NCBI GenBank assembly: GCA_907165135.1
Contig: OU015570.1
Span: forward strand, 1,757,929 to 1,821,928
Direction: 5' to 3'
From: Oikopleura dioica
Lineage: Eukaryota; Animalia; Chordata
Length of the DNA stretch: 64,000 nt
Shown: one piece after another, positions 1-12,032 of the stretch
Layout of the letters: the number at the start of each line of letters is the position of its first letter
Position numbering within the stretch: position 1 is the stretch's first letter
The notes under the pieces: generated by a model
Databases searched by the model: none
What the model was told of the DNA's origin: nothing
The model's input: only the letters and a program-made list of their open reading frames with translations
Position numbers and translations under genes: made by a program

Positions 1-1
1 G

Positions 2-1944
2 CCTGATTACGCATCACACCTGGCTGGTCAAATGTTCACGAGTCGAAAAGAGAAGAGAACCTGGGATGCCTCGGAAACCCTGCCCGAGTCCGCTCCCCAT
101 CGCGAAAGTAAAATTCCACGTGACTCCGACGAAGCTCGCCCGTCTGCCAAAAATGAATTTCTCGTGCCAAATCCCGTCGACACTCCCGGAGGTCATACTG
201 TTTCCGCTGCAAACGTATCGTCTACACCCGTGAAACATCTTCCTGCTGCATCCGACGTGGATTTTGATGCGAGTCGGATCCCTCTTTCCGACAATTTAGT
301 ATCCGCTATGTCCCTCGATCACACGGAGTTTACCTCGGAGAAAACCATCTCCGAACACGAGACAAAAGTCCCTGCGAGCGATGACACTATGACATCTCAA
401 GACAAAACCACCATTCTTATGAACACGATCGATCACCTGATCGACAAGAATGCCAGTCGGCTCTCTGTCAAGAGCGAGCCTGACGCTCCAGTTCCTATGG
501 AGCTGCCGATTCTGCCCACTTTTGTGCCACGTGACCATCTATACACTCGCTGGTATTTAGCAATTTAATTCAAGCCTCCTTTAACTTACTGACCTTTTAG
601 TTACTCTCTCCAAAATTTACCGCCGAACTTGTTTCCTGAGTTCGAAATCGACGTGTTAAAGTACTATTCACGTGGCCCACTTCTTGTACACCACGTGTTC
701 GTCGATCTACGCCAGCAAGCTGGTCTTCAGCACCGAATTCTCCAGCATCCATTCTCACGTGTCAAACAATTTTTATTACATATAGGTACGGCTTTGTTTC
801 GACGCACACGACTCATATTATAGGTCGGACACTTCATTACTCACGAGTGGCTCCTCCATGCAAATTCGAACTTTCCTTTCCTCCGACCGTGGAAATTGCT
901 GCCAAAGGTTTCACCCCGCATTTGCTCGTGATCTTCGTGGTTTACTCACGTGTTATCTCACCTCACTTAGTGAATACTATCGCGGAAGTTGTTTTATCCA
1001 GCCTCGCACGGAAACTCAGAAGCGGCGCCTCACCGAGCTCGCGCATTCATTGTGCGACAACTTTTTCGCTCAGAATTTCGGACACGATTATCGGCCTCCA
1101 TTTCTCGTCGAATATGACTCGAATCGTCGACCTAGAGAGTAACCAGCCATTACCCAGTATCGTCCTTAAAACCTCACGTGAACGCAAACGAAACAACTTC
1201 ACTCTACCACGATTTTCTTGCACTCTACCACTCATCTTTCTGATCTTTGCCGTTCTTTTCTTCATCCTCGTCGCTTACGCCGTTTCCTTCTTCCGCGAAA
1301 AGCTCACAGCCCTCGCACACTACGTCCAGTACTTTCACACGTTTAGCCCGGTAATGCCTTGCAGAAAACCGCATTAATATAATATAATTTCTAGCTTCCC
1401 AAAACTCATCGACGCCGACGTCAAATTGGTTTCGACGAGCTCATGTCCGTCAGTGCTGCCGCCTATGACCCCGAGCCTGTTCCTGAGAACTCCCCCGCCA
1501 CCACCACCATGCGTTTTGGTGGTGCAAGCCCTTGGGAATGGTAAGATCAATTATCCCTCAACCATCATGACGTATTCAAGGGTCACTTTCGGGGTCGCTT
1601 CTCTGTTTTTCTTCTCGTGTCTCCTCTGCGCCTGCGGCCATCAAATAACAGCTGTCCTGAGACAATGCACGTGGAGCCTTCCGAATCCTGGATCCAGTCA
1701 CGACGATGGTGAATTCTCCGAAGTAATCGCTCTTCGACGACAAATAGCCGCAGACAAGCAAATGATCAAAGCGCGCAAGGCTCACTCAAAAGTCACGAAG
1801 AAACTTCGCGCTCTCGGCCCCGCTGACGCTGAAATTCCATCCGTCGTCCCGGCGACCGACGCTCACATTCCTACACGTGCTTCTTCTCGAAACGCAGAGC
1901 CACTCCTCCACGTCGCTGACCAAGAAAACTCCTGCTGGGCTTAA
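2..1944 (+). CDS. Predicted 5-exon gene, antisense and convergent to element A1 pol; join(<2..552,601..785,824..1350,1395..1540,1581..1944); ~590 aa (580 from ATG at 32); disordered N-terminus, two hydrophobic segments
   Basis: Four GT-AG introns (553-600, 48 nt; 786-823, 38 nt; 1351-1394, 44 nt; 1541-1580, 40 nt). Each removes an in-frame stop and together they join the ORF-track pieces 32..568, 629..823, 847..1377 and 1426..1944 into one frame. TM-like segments LIFLIFAVLFFILVAYAVSFF and VTFGVASLFFFSCLLCAC. AATAAA motifs downstream near 2020 and 2090. Confidence 0.72.
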
Positions 1945-2157
1945 ATCTCCCTTTCTTTTGTCAACAAATTTCGCAAATTATTCATCGAATTATGATAGAA
2001 ACTTGTAGCCACCATTCTAGGAATAAATTTTCTCACGTGAAAACAACTCCGGACTCAGCTTTCTTTAGAAAGGCATTAAACATTTTTAAATAAACAAAAT
2101 TCACAAAGAAAAACCAAAAAACTTAATCTACAAATAGCACGTGTAACTTTGTTACCA

Positions 2158-3093
2158 CTAGTTATTGCTCGGGCAACCCAGCAATCTTTCTTGACTAATC
2201 CTGGGGCTTTTCCACTGATCTCGATCCATAACTAACGACCTCGCGTGCATGAACTCAGGCAGTATTAGGTCTTCGTTGTGACCAAGCATCATCAGGCCTG
2301 CGTTATTTGGGTCCTTCACGCAGTCTCCGTCCACGATCGCTCTAATTGCTTTCAAGGACCACGAGTAAATCCTCTTCCTTTTCAAACCAACCTTTTCCGT
2401 GAAGCAAAGGCCCTCAAACCAATCTACTCCTTCGGGATATTCCTCCGTGCCCGTGACGACAAAGTAGGGGTTTAGGTCATTCTTCTGCCATTCCCCTTCT
2501 AAAAGAATATAATCGCCAACCTTGATTGGCTTCTCAAATTCGTCATCGTAGCTATCACCCTTCTCGTAGGGATGAAACTTAATTGGCTTTCTCGTGCGAC
2601 CTTTCTCCTGGTTCTTAATAAATGCTTTTCTGCCTCGCTCGCGACTCAACGCGATGTGTTCCAAAATTTTATTCATGTCAATTTTCAGCGGGCGATCAAA
2701 TTTATCACGTGAAAAATATTTCTCATTTGGAGTATACCCGTGTCTGCTCGGATTTTCATTCAAGCGAGCCGCTGCCTCAACTGCGACTCGCATGTGCGAT
2801 CCTTTCTTTGAGATTTCCGCCTTCAAAAACATCGTTAACTTTTGTACACGTGAGTCCATTGGTGAAAGGTGATTTTTGGACTTACTGGTCTTTTCTGGCA
2901 AATGGATCTCAATCTTCCAGTCTTTCCAAACATCCCTCGTGGCAATACTCTTATTCACACTGCAACCATCCAAAAAAATCCTAATTCTCTTCTCTCGGAT
3001 CGGACCTCTCAAAAACTCACCTACAGCTCTACACAACACTTCCGTGCCTTTATCCGCAGTCATTTCCGAGTTCTTGATCGGATACAGCTTCGT
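2158..3093 (-). pseudogene. pol: A1 integrase core and C-terminus (same frame as upstream pol, separated by premature TAA at 3094-3096)
   Basis: In-frame continuation SG*TKLYPIKNSEMTADKG...IFLDGCSVN; integrase-like core. Confidence 0.8.
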
Positions 3094-6000
3094 TTAACCC
3101 GAAATGGCTTCCGAAACGACCCAGAACTTCAACGTAGATTCCTCGTTTCCTGGGTAAGAATTTCTCGTGATAACGTCAGCGAACAAAACTTGACCTAACT
3201 CCTTGGGTGACTCGTCGTTGTATTCCTTCGGGATTACCTCGATTTTCGCCTGCTTTCTGAAGTATGTGCACCCAGTGCAGCTCCTATGGACTTTCTCGAC
3301 CACCTTGTTCATACCAGCCGACCAAAATGTGCATCTCACGTGTTTTTTAAAGGCTGTAAGGGATGTACATCCCGTAACTTTCATCATGTGTCTCACGAGC
3401 AACTCCAAATACTCCAAAGGAACTACGATCGGCTCGACCTTTTTATCTTCCACGAAGAACGCCTGTTTACACAATATTCCTACATCGTTCTCTTCCTTGA
3501 TTTCACACGACTTTCTCAGGCTTTCAGCGATCCTGTCCCCGTATGGCATTTTCCCATTCTTACGCTTCGATTCTATCGCTCTCTGCACGTGTCTGTCCGT
3601 AAGCTGCATCCTCCTGATCAGCCGAAAATTCCCCAGAAACTCCTTCATCGAGAACTTTTTCAAAAAGTCCTCCACCTCCACGTGAACTTCTCGCGCTTCC
3701 TTAATAAAAGGAGTTTCCTCCTGCGACTCATTCGATTCTTTCAATCTTTTAGCCCGTGCTCTCGTGGCCATCATGCAGATTTCCTCTTCCACCTCAATTG
3801 GCTTCAGATCTGTCAACTCCGTGGCCTGCTTCAGCGTATGTCTAAAATCATTCACGTCGTCGATCAGGAAAATGCTATCGAACATCTCAATGCTCACCAC
3901 GGGTTCCTTTGATTTGCACTCAACTCTTCCTGCGTGATTCGCAGTTAACTTTGACAAGTACCCATGGCTGTCCACCTCTACGCACATCCTACAATCCCCA
4001 TTGCATGGTTTTAGATGTGCCTCTGATCGGGACAGCATGTCTGCTAAGTCTACTTCCGCCGATCTGCAACTCTTGTACACGATCCTCACATTGTACGACA
4101 TCAGTTTCACGAGTCTTTCGTTGATCTTATAATCTTCAGCCAATTCCTGCCCGTTTAAACATCTTTTATACAACTTCTCTACCGAGATCGAGTCTGTGAT
4201 TACTGTCACTGGATTGTTCACGAGGTCAATTTCCCACGAGCAGTGAATTACTGCGTTCAGAATCCCGTGCAACTCGAGCAAACAGCTGCACCATTGCGTG
4301 TTGTTATTCGCATCCGGCCTCTTCTTGGAGTAAAGCTTATTAAGCCTTACTTTCCCTTTCTCGTCCTTTTGGTACAAAAATGCACCCGTGCCCTTGTTAC
4401 TCGAGTCAACCACGAGAAACGTCTCGAACTCTGCAACCACCGGATACAGTGAAACTAAACTTTCGTCCAGCTTTTTCTGTACTTTCTTATAGCCTGCTAT
4501 TAACTCGTCTGTCCAATTAATATGCTCCGCCAGGCTTTTCTTATTCTTCGTAGCTTCATACAACGGGGCCAAAATCTCCGTTCTAAACGGGAGGGAATCC
4601 GCAATGTATGTGATCCAGCCGAGTACTCTTTTCATGCATTTCACAGTTTTTATGCTCGTGTACTCCTGGTTCGCAATTTTCTCCAACACGTGTGTACTAG
4701 CTCTAATCGTGCCATTCTTTACTCTTCTTCCCAAAATGGAGATGTCTTTACTCAAAAACGTGCACTTCTTACCTTTCAACCTCAGATTAAACGAACTCAA
4801 CGTCTGCAAGACCGCCGCCACGTTCTCAAGAAATTCTTCCGGGGTGTTACCTACGATACGAATGTCATCGACGTATATAAAACAATATTCTCTGTGGCTA
4901 TATAAGATAATCTTTAATTTTTCACGTGCTAATAGCGGGCTCGAAATCCAACCCATCGGAAGCCTTCTGTACGCCATAGGCCCCACGTTCGGATGATCCA
5001 GACAAAAATGTGGCCACATAATCGGGTGGAAAGGGAAACAATAAAACATCGAAGAGATGTCAATGCACGCGATGAGACCCGTTTCAGTGTATTTCGCCAC
5101 CTTCTGGAGCACGTACTTGATTGAATCAGTCTGCCTCGCAGAATGCACTGTGTCATCATTGATTTTCGCTCTCTTACAATCCGCCACCACGCGGATTGAT
5201 CCCGCGCACAACTCAACCTTTGCAGTTTCCGCGTTCTTCTTCCCCACGGGAAAGAAGCTCAAGAAATGCTTCGGAGTCATGTGCTTAGGTAGGAACCCGA
5301 TCACGCCTTCACTGGCTTCCTGATCTAACTTGTCCACGAGAGCTTTCACAACTGACTCGGACATCGACTTGTTATAACTCTGTCTCACCACCTTGCCGGA
5401 CGTGTTACCCGTTATTTCGGCGTAAATTTGGAACTCTTCTCCTGGTACACAGCCCTGTGTCCCTTCGTACAGAACCTTCTCCTTCTCCAGGATCGACAAC
5501 AGTCTCTTCTTGTAATTCTTTCCGTCCGGGATGTCCTTCAATACCTCATCGTCCACGTCAATATTACACTCCATCCACGTGTTCTTCTCACGAGCCGCCT
5601 GATGCATTTTTTCCAGCTTTCTTGCATAATCCACACGTGAATCTGGGTTCATTCTACCCGTGGGAGTCATATCGATGACTGAACTTGACACACTCGGTAC
5701 CAAGGTTTCGCACCTAGCAGCCGGCATCAACCTCTCATTCTTCACGACTTCGTAAAGATTGAAGTTGTGAACCAAATTTTCTAATTCAAAAATTTCGCTT
5801 CTTTTCTTGAAACCCAAATTGCTTATGTCTACACCCCGAATCGACACTCTAGTTTCAAAGCAATTCTCTCTTGGGATACACTCGATTTTCGCGCAATTTC
5901 TTGCCAAATCGCCAAGCGAAACCAACACGTTTCTGTCACTGACTTCACAAACTTTCGCATTCACAAAGGAAATTTTAACGTTCCTACGTAGCCTTAACGT

Positions 6001-6510
6001 GAACGACACAGTGACTGGTAAAAATTTCAGCAAACTGCCTCCGGCCACCTTTCCTGCACCTGCACGTGACTTGCTTATCCTTGTTCCTTTACTTAATTTT
6101 ATCAACTCAAACAGACTCTCACTTAACAGTGACACTGATGCCCCTGTATCTAGTAGAAGTTTAAACCACACGTGTTCATTTTTATTCAAAACCTTCTCGC
6201 AATCAGGCAAACCGAAGTAAATCTGCAACAATCTTCTATCCGGCTCCTTCTCTTCGTCACGTGTTGTTTCCTCTACTGTTGCCCTTAAATTACAATCGTT
6301 AATCTCTCTAATCTTTGCGAATATCTCACCGTCTAATCCGAAGTCTTCATAACCATCTTTGTCATCCAAATCCAGCTCACTGAGTAGGGCGCCAATGTCC
6401 TCACCCGATTCGGACCCCGAATACTCACAGTGAGACCGAAGCGCCAATAACTCGTGAACACCAACATCTTCCTGGAGGGTGTAAACACGTGGACTGCCTG
6501 TCTGCTTCAC
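3094..6510 (-). pseudogene. pol: A1 protease-RT-RNase H-integrase N-terminus
   Basis: Protease LLDTGAS; RT CIDISSMFY...FIYVDDI; RNase H VVDSS...ELHG...ITDS...LADMLSR; Zn-binding SCTGC; LFAD. Confidence 0.92.
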
Positions 6511-8042
6511 CCCTTCTTTTTAATAAATCGGTTAAATTTACCTTTGATATCCGGGCGTTTGAACTGACCCTTAGGTTTGTAGAACTTACTGGGGTCTTGT
6601 TTCTTTAGTACTTCCAGATCCCTCTTGTTAAAAGACTGACCCGTGTAAACCAAAATTTTGCCCGTGCCAAACTCGACCTTCAAATCCGGACTGTTCGTCA
6701 AATGGCTCAACCCGATGTCTCTACCATTTGGTCTCGGGAAACTCGCCCTATTTCGGGCCATCCATTTTTCAGCCCGTTGCGCACCAAACTTCTTTGATAC
6801 GAAAGCGTTTAATTCAGCCTCAATTTCTTCGTCCAAAGCGTTCGCCTCGTCATCTTCGGGAACGAAACTCTTCACGTGATTCGACTTTCTATTCTTGACT
6901 GCACTGCTCTGCTGAGAACAAACAAACGCCAATGTCGACCGAAAATCGTTGGTAAACATATCTAATGCAAGTTCAACTTGTGTTAACTCCACGTGACCCT
7001 GAGCCTTCGATGCCTTGTCAATCTCGTCTAGAAACAATCTCTTTTCGACGATGACATCTCGACTCAATAAGTCCTTGAACTCTAAATGGCGCTTAGTGGC
7101 AACTTTTTCTAAAATATTCTCCCATTGCCTGGGTTCCAAGCTAACTGCGCACAAAGCCAATGCAGTAGATTCGGCGAATGGGCCAAAGATATCAGGGGTT
7201 GTGCAATACTCCTCCCTAAATCTACTTGCGCCCATTGGTGTTCCACGTGGAAATCTGTTAGGTACAACAGCATTATTTGTCATAATTTTCCTCATCAACT
7301 TTCTGATGATTTCATACGTGGAACTTGTCTTGATATGAGACAATTCACCTTTCCCGACAACCTGAAGAAATTTCAGGAATTTAAAATAGTCGTTGGTTCT
7401 GGAATTATCTGCATAATCACGTGTCATAATTTCTGCATACTGATTCAGGCTTGTCACGTAACCGTTTCGAATATCCTCGCGTGAAGTATCCTCCACGTTC
7501 TCACAAACTACTGGGCAGATCTTACGCACCACCGCCAAAACCTCGTCAGCTGCCGATGGTCTCCCATCCACGCGTTCGAAGTATCGCAGTAATGGCAATT
7601 CTAAACCCGGGAAAAACGTATCTTTGAAAGCTCGTTCACTCTCTTCACGATTCTGGACTGCATTGTCCATGAATCCATCATGCGTGGCGTTTACGGTGCA
7701 GTGGCTTAGAGTACCCCTGTACCTACCAGCTGCCCGCCAACCTTCGAACATTGCCAGCCCATCGGGAACCGATAACCGGCCCGTCAAATCAGGCAACCTG
7801 CCGAAATGCTCTCCTCATAAAAGAGGTACGTTTGAGACTTGGTCTGCAAACCTATTTTCACGATCATTTTTCCTGATTTCTCCGGAAAGAATTCCAGACA
7901 CGTGGTTAAGCCATCCAAGAATTTTCTGGGACCTAACACTATCGTCCGCTGCCGTAAAGGCCAGTGGCACGATTTCTTTCCCGGTATAATACTTCAGCCC
8001 CGGAGGACACTGAAACATACCGTTATTATCATACGCGTTCAT
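6507..8042 (-). pseudogene. gag: A1 gag-like region (ATG at 8042; TGG>TGA stop at 7815-7817; 1-nt deletion near 6515 relative to the fused ORF of A2)
   Basis: Colinear with A2 ORF 30599..33469, in which this region is fused in frame to protease; no zinc knuckle seen. Confidence 0.8.
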
Positions 8043-8193
8043 AATTATAATGGCCAAGTCAACGACAAGGTCTCGAGGTTTGAATTACTGAGTAGCAGTC
8101 CGTGCCCTAAGCCTTGGTCTCGGAATCAGGTAATTCCTTCCCTTAGCTTTTAGAAGTAAGGTCTCGGAATCAGGTAATTCCTTCCCAAAGCTT

Positions 8194-8203
8194 CTAGTCA
8201 CCA
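8194..8203 (-). promoter_or_regulatory. A1 primer-binding-site-like TGGTGACTAG
   Basis: Begins with TGG; identical in A2 (30442-30451); lies between the LTR-like region and gag. Confidence 0.6.
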
Positions 8204-8650
8204 CGATAAATTGCTCCTGCAGAAACTCAACACCCTCAATACTCTTACACGTGTAAGCGTTCTAACGTTTATTCTAGTACAGCAGTTAGGCTCAACAAAA
8301 CAAACACGGGTTCTACAGCGTCTCCAGCGGTGATGATGGAGGCCCGAGAAGGATACACGTGATGGAAGTTGATGTTGGAAGCTGCGTCTCCACGTTCACT
8401 GAACAAACCTGAAATCCGATTAGTCTGCTGTAGCTCCACTAGAATCTCTAAATAAACGTGCTTCACCTCGAGTTCGAACGCTAAGCGTATGAGCAACGGT
8501 TGGTGCGAACTCAGCCGACCGTTCTCGCGCGTAGGTTTTCTTCCTAAGGGCAGGCGAGCCTGGCCGAACTATTATTCTATCGTCTAAATCCTAACGCAGC
8601 CAAATGGAACTGGTGAATCGGAATGACCTGAAAACTCAAATAAGTATTAC
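8204..8650 (-). repeat. A1 putative 5' LTR (outer boundary not resolved)
   Basis: Homologous to 30045-30441; contains AATAAA about 70 nt upstream of the PBS. Confidence 0.55.
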
Positions 8651-9379
8651 CACACGCCTTACACACCTTTCCGCAAAATTCCAGCCTGATAAGCCACGTG
8701 AGCACTGCACAAGTACAGTTTTTCTCACCTAAACCCGCGCGCTCCGAGGAAAGAAAAAATTGACTGCATCTTTTGGAAGTCTCTGAGGTATCGTTTATAG
8801 TTTATTTATAGGTTTTCAGGTATGTGGAATTCAAAATCGTACTTTCAGAGTGATATCATGAATATTTAACAATAAAATGACAGAATAAATTAATGAAAAA
8901 AACAAATTCTAGCGCTAAATCTTTTGTTTTCGAAAAATATAAAAGTGCAGTTTAAAAGAGAATATTTGTTTATGTATAACCTCTAATTTTCAGAAGATTA
9001 TCTCAAGAGAAAGGCAAAATCGACAAAAATTGTACAGCTCCTGTAAGGGGGTTCTTTAGGCGCGCTCCCGTAATACGGGTAATATAGAGAATTTAAAAAA
9101 ATTGTTTTATTTACTCATTTAAAGATTAATTTTATAATTTTAAATTTAATTAATTGCTCATTTTTTGATATTTCTTTTAAAAGAAAGAATTTCAATTGAA
9201 TTCCGCGGCGACCATCCTAATAAGTGCCTGAGGGCGAACTCGGCGCCGCGCGCTGCGCGCCACACAAAAAGGCAAAAACTGACTGTAATAAATACAGTAT
9301 GTTAGTCAAGGGCCTCCCGTTTCTCTACGCCAAAAATGTGTTCTTATTGGTCGAACTATCAATACAGTTTGTTTCCAAA

Positions 9380-9490
9380 TTTCCGTCTCAGCCCCCTTCC
9401 TTGGTTTTAATTTTAAGGGGCTTGACATAGGCAGGGAACTCTGACTTGATCAATTTCAGGTGTGTCCCCAACCCCACCCACACCCATCGT
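9380..9490. repeat. Dispersed repeat also at 39075-39145, 62695-62810 and 63565-63676
   Basis: Shared ccgtctcagcccc..ttttaaggggcttgac..ttgatcaat sequence. Confidence 0.7.
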
Positions 9491-11729
9491 TTTAAAAATT
9501 TAAATTATTCTTTTTTAAAACTAATTATTGTTTTTAGTCCTTAAATAATCGATTTGAAAAAATTCATGATTTCACTTTATATTTTTGACTGACGTCTTAT
9601 TTATTATTTTTATTTTCTTTTTATTTTTATTTCTTATTCATCCAGTGAATTTCTGATCATATTTTGCGTGCCGACCCTCTATCACGCGATGCGCGCGTGA
9701 GCGCTTGGAAGAAAAATATTGCCCGCTGACCCAAGTTTTTGAAATGCCTTCCAAATAATTTTCATGAATTCGAGATCAGCAAATTATATTTATCATTTTT
9801 GTTTTTTAAATTTTTTATTTAGGTTTGACTAACGTACTAAACCCGTTTTTGCCATTTTTGAGGCTTATTATCTCTTTAACCCTTAATTTTTTAAGAAAAT
9901 TTAGAAAGCAAAAATTCTATTACCATTATCTAAAAGATATCAAAAATTTAAACGCATACAATATGTATTTCGGGTGGCTGATTTTTGTGCATGAACCCTA
10001 CTTATAATGTCAAAAATGAGTTTCTCTATGAAATAAGGCGCGGAGCGCATATAGACCCCTGATATTATTCTTTTAAAAGTTTGTGAACCGGGTTCATACA
10101 GATTGTGAACCGGGTTCAGAATTGTGAACCTGGGCACCCTACACTGTAGGGCCTACAGTCATTATGGGGAACTCTGGCATTAACAAGTCCAGAGTTTATG
10201 ATCTTTGCTTTTGTTCAAATCGAGCACCTTAGCCTTGAAAGGTAAACACACTCAAATAAATGGAAAAATTGCGTCGAAAAGCAAGAAGAAAATACATAGA
10301 ATACAGGTGTAGGCATGCTTGTAGCTGCAAATTTTTAAAGAAACGGCCAACTAGACGCATGCTGAAATCGTACGTTATTTTCATTTCTTTGTCTCTAGAA
10401 AAGAAAAAATTGTTTGCATATTCAATTATTCTTCTCATTTGACATTCTACTATCAAAAAGTGCAAAAATTCGGGATTTTCGCCAAAAACCGCGCAATTGC
10501 AGTTCGCGCAATTCCAAGACCTGACTGTATGTCAAGGAGGTGACAGAGCTTTTAAAATGGCTTATTTTGACCAAAAATTTTACTTAGAAAAAACGCAAAA
10601 ATTTTGACTTTTCAAAGTGCCAGCAGATTCATATGAATAAGTGCTCTATAGATAGCTTAGACAAAGTTGTATCAGAGGAAAACAGTTTTGATTGAAAATC
10701 AAGCCACAGAGGCGCTACAGAGCATTAAGAATAAGATCGGGGAAATCTATCAGAGGGAAAAAAAGGAGATCGACTTTGAAAATGGCCAAAAGCTGGGTTT
10801 TTCGCGACTATCAATTTCTTAAGGGCTATTATTAGAGGTGATTCGCCCTTTCAAATTCAATTTCCATATTAGAGTTTCCTCATTGAGAAATGAGCTTTAA
10901 AAAATGCCCCTAATTTCTGAGATAGCTAAGCCCGAAAAACAGGTTCGACCTCAAAGTTTGCCAAATCGGGGGATCCCTTATGCCGCATAAGTTATGCGAA
11001 TTTTTGGCCCTGATAGTTTTTAAAATGCTTTCGGTTTGAGGCGGAAATTTCTCTTTCAATCTGAAAAATTTTTCGCTTACGCATTTAGACGCACATTTTT
11101 GTTTTCGCTTCAGGCGAATTCGTCTTTGCTTCGCCAGATAAAGCTTCACTTTTTTATGTTCTTTCGCGCTTGTCATTGATTTTTTCGCGAATTTTATATG
11201 CCTTCCTGCAACCATCAAATCGGGTAATCGATTGGTATTAAAACTGAGTTCATGAGAATAGGAAAACTATATAAATTATTTTATATAATTAGGTTTTCTA
11301 TCGGGAAGGCGGTGCGCGGCGCGGCGCTTTTCCTATCAAATGTTCGATCCCTTATTCCGTAAATTGCGAACGCCGTTCGCAAAATAGCCTTTGCGAACGA
11401 GGCCGCCCGCCACCCCTTACTTTGAATAGATTTTCAGTAAAAAACATTTTGATATATTCATTTTGATGACGCTGATTCATAATTTGCCCTTAAAATTTGC
11501 TTTTTTTGTCCAAAAAGCAAATACAGTTTTTTATGGAATTTTTGGACATCGAATTTTTGGACATTTTTGCTATTTTAAGGGGTTTTCTTAGGACACTTTT
11601 CATAAGTGCCCGTATCAAATTTTTGGACATTTTCTGCGCCTAATTTTTAAATTTTCTGTTTTTTTTTTTGCCAGATATGAAGTTTTTTCTTATTAAAAAT
11701 CTAACTTTTTCTTTGAGAAAAATAAGATT

Positions 11730-11928
11730 TGTAAGGGTTTAGCAAATCCTGCGGCTTGCGAGAAGTTCCCCACTTTGCGTATTCTCTAGTGCGGTGAATA
11801 AAAGACAAGAACTCTGGAAAAGGTGTTGCTCGAGTTTTATTTACAAGACGACTGAAGTGCACGCGTAGCGCGCAGTAAGATGTGGCCTCAGATAAAATCT
11901 CCGGCCTCAGGGTTCGTAAAACCTCACA
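11730..11928 (-). repeat. B 3' LTR
   Basis: No difference from 17829-18027 seen by eye; PPT (TAGGGGGGA on minus strand) at 11929-11937. Confidence 0.95.
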
Positions 11929-12032
11929 TCCCCCCTAGAATTTAGTATGAGGGTACAGTAGGACAAGATTTACATCGCGTGTCGGCTTCTGAGAAGTAGT
12001 TGATGGACAGGCGAGGTCTTTTCGAAATTGCT

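Larger units (their letters stand above)
1..8650 (-). mobile_element. Ty3/gypsy LTR retrotransposon family A, copy A1 (3' end and 3' LTR presumed outside the window; disabled by 2 nonsense codons and 1 frameshift)
   Basis: gag-PR-RT-RH-IN order on minus strand, PBS-like TGGTGACTAG, upstream LTR-like region homologous to copy A2. Confidence 0.88.

Noticed and set aside
640-823. Open frame containing RVRR (furin-like) continuous with the 847 ORF
   Set aside because: No start codon and stops just upstream; the spliced model explains this interval better.
858-1142. Overlapping 94-aa ORF in another frame
   Set aside because: Cannot be linked by splice sites; likely a shadow of exon 3.
6505-6530. 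Programmed frameshift between A1 gag and pol
   Set aside because: No X XXY YYZ heptamer, and A2 is fused in frame; treated as a 1-nt deletion.
3203-7989. Many plus-strand ORFs opposite A1 pol and gag (likewise opposite B, C and D)
   Set aside because: Antisense shadows of long ORFs; no independent motifs.
10910-11218. 102-aa basic ORF as a transposase piece
   Set aside because: No diagnostic motif; composition is explained by the AT-rich repeat context.
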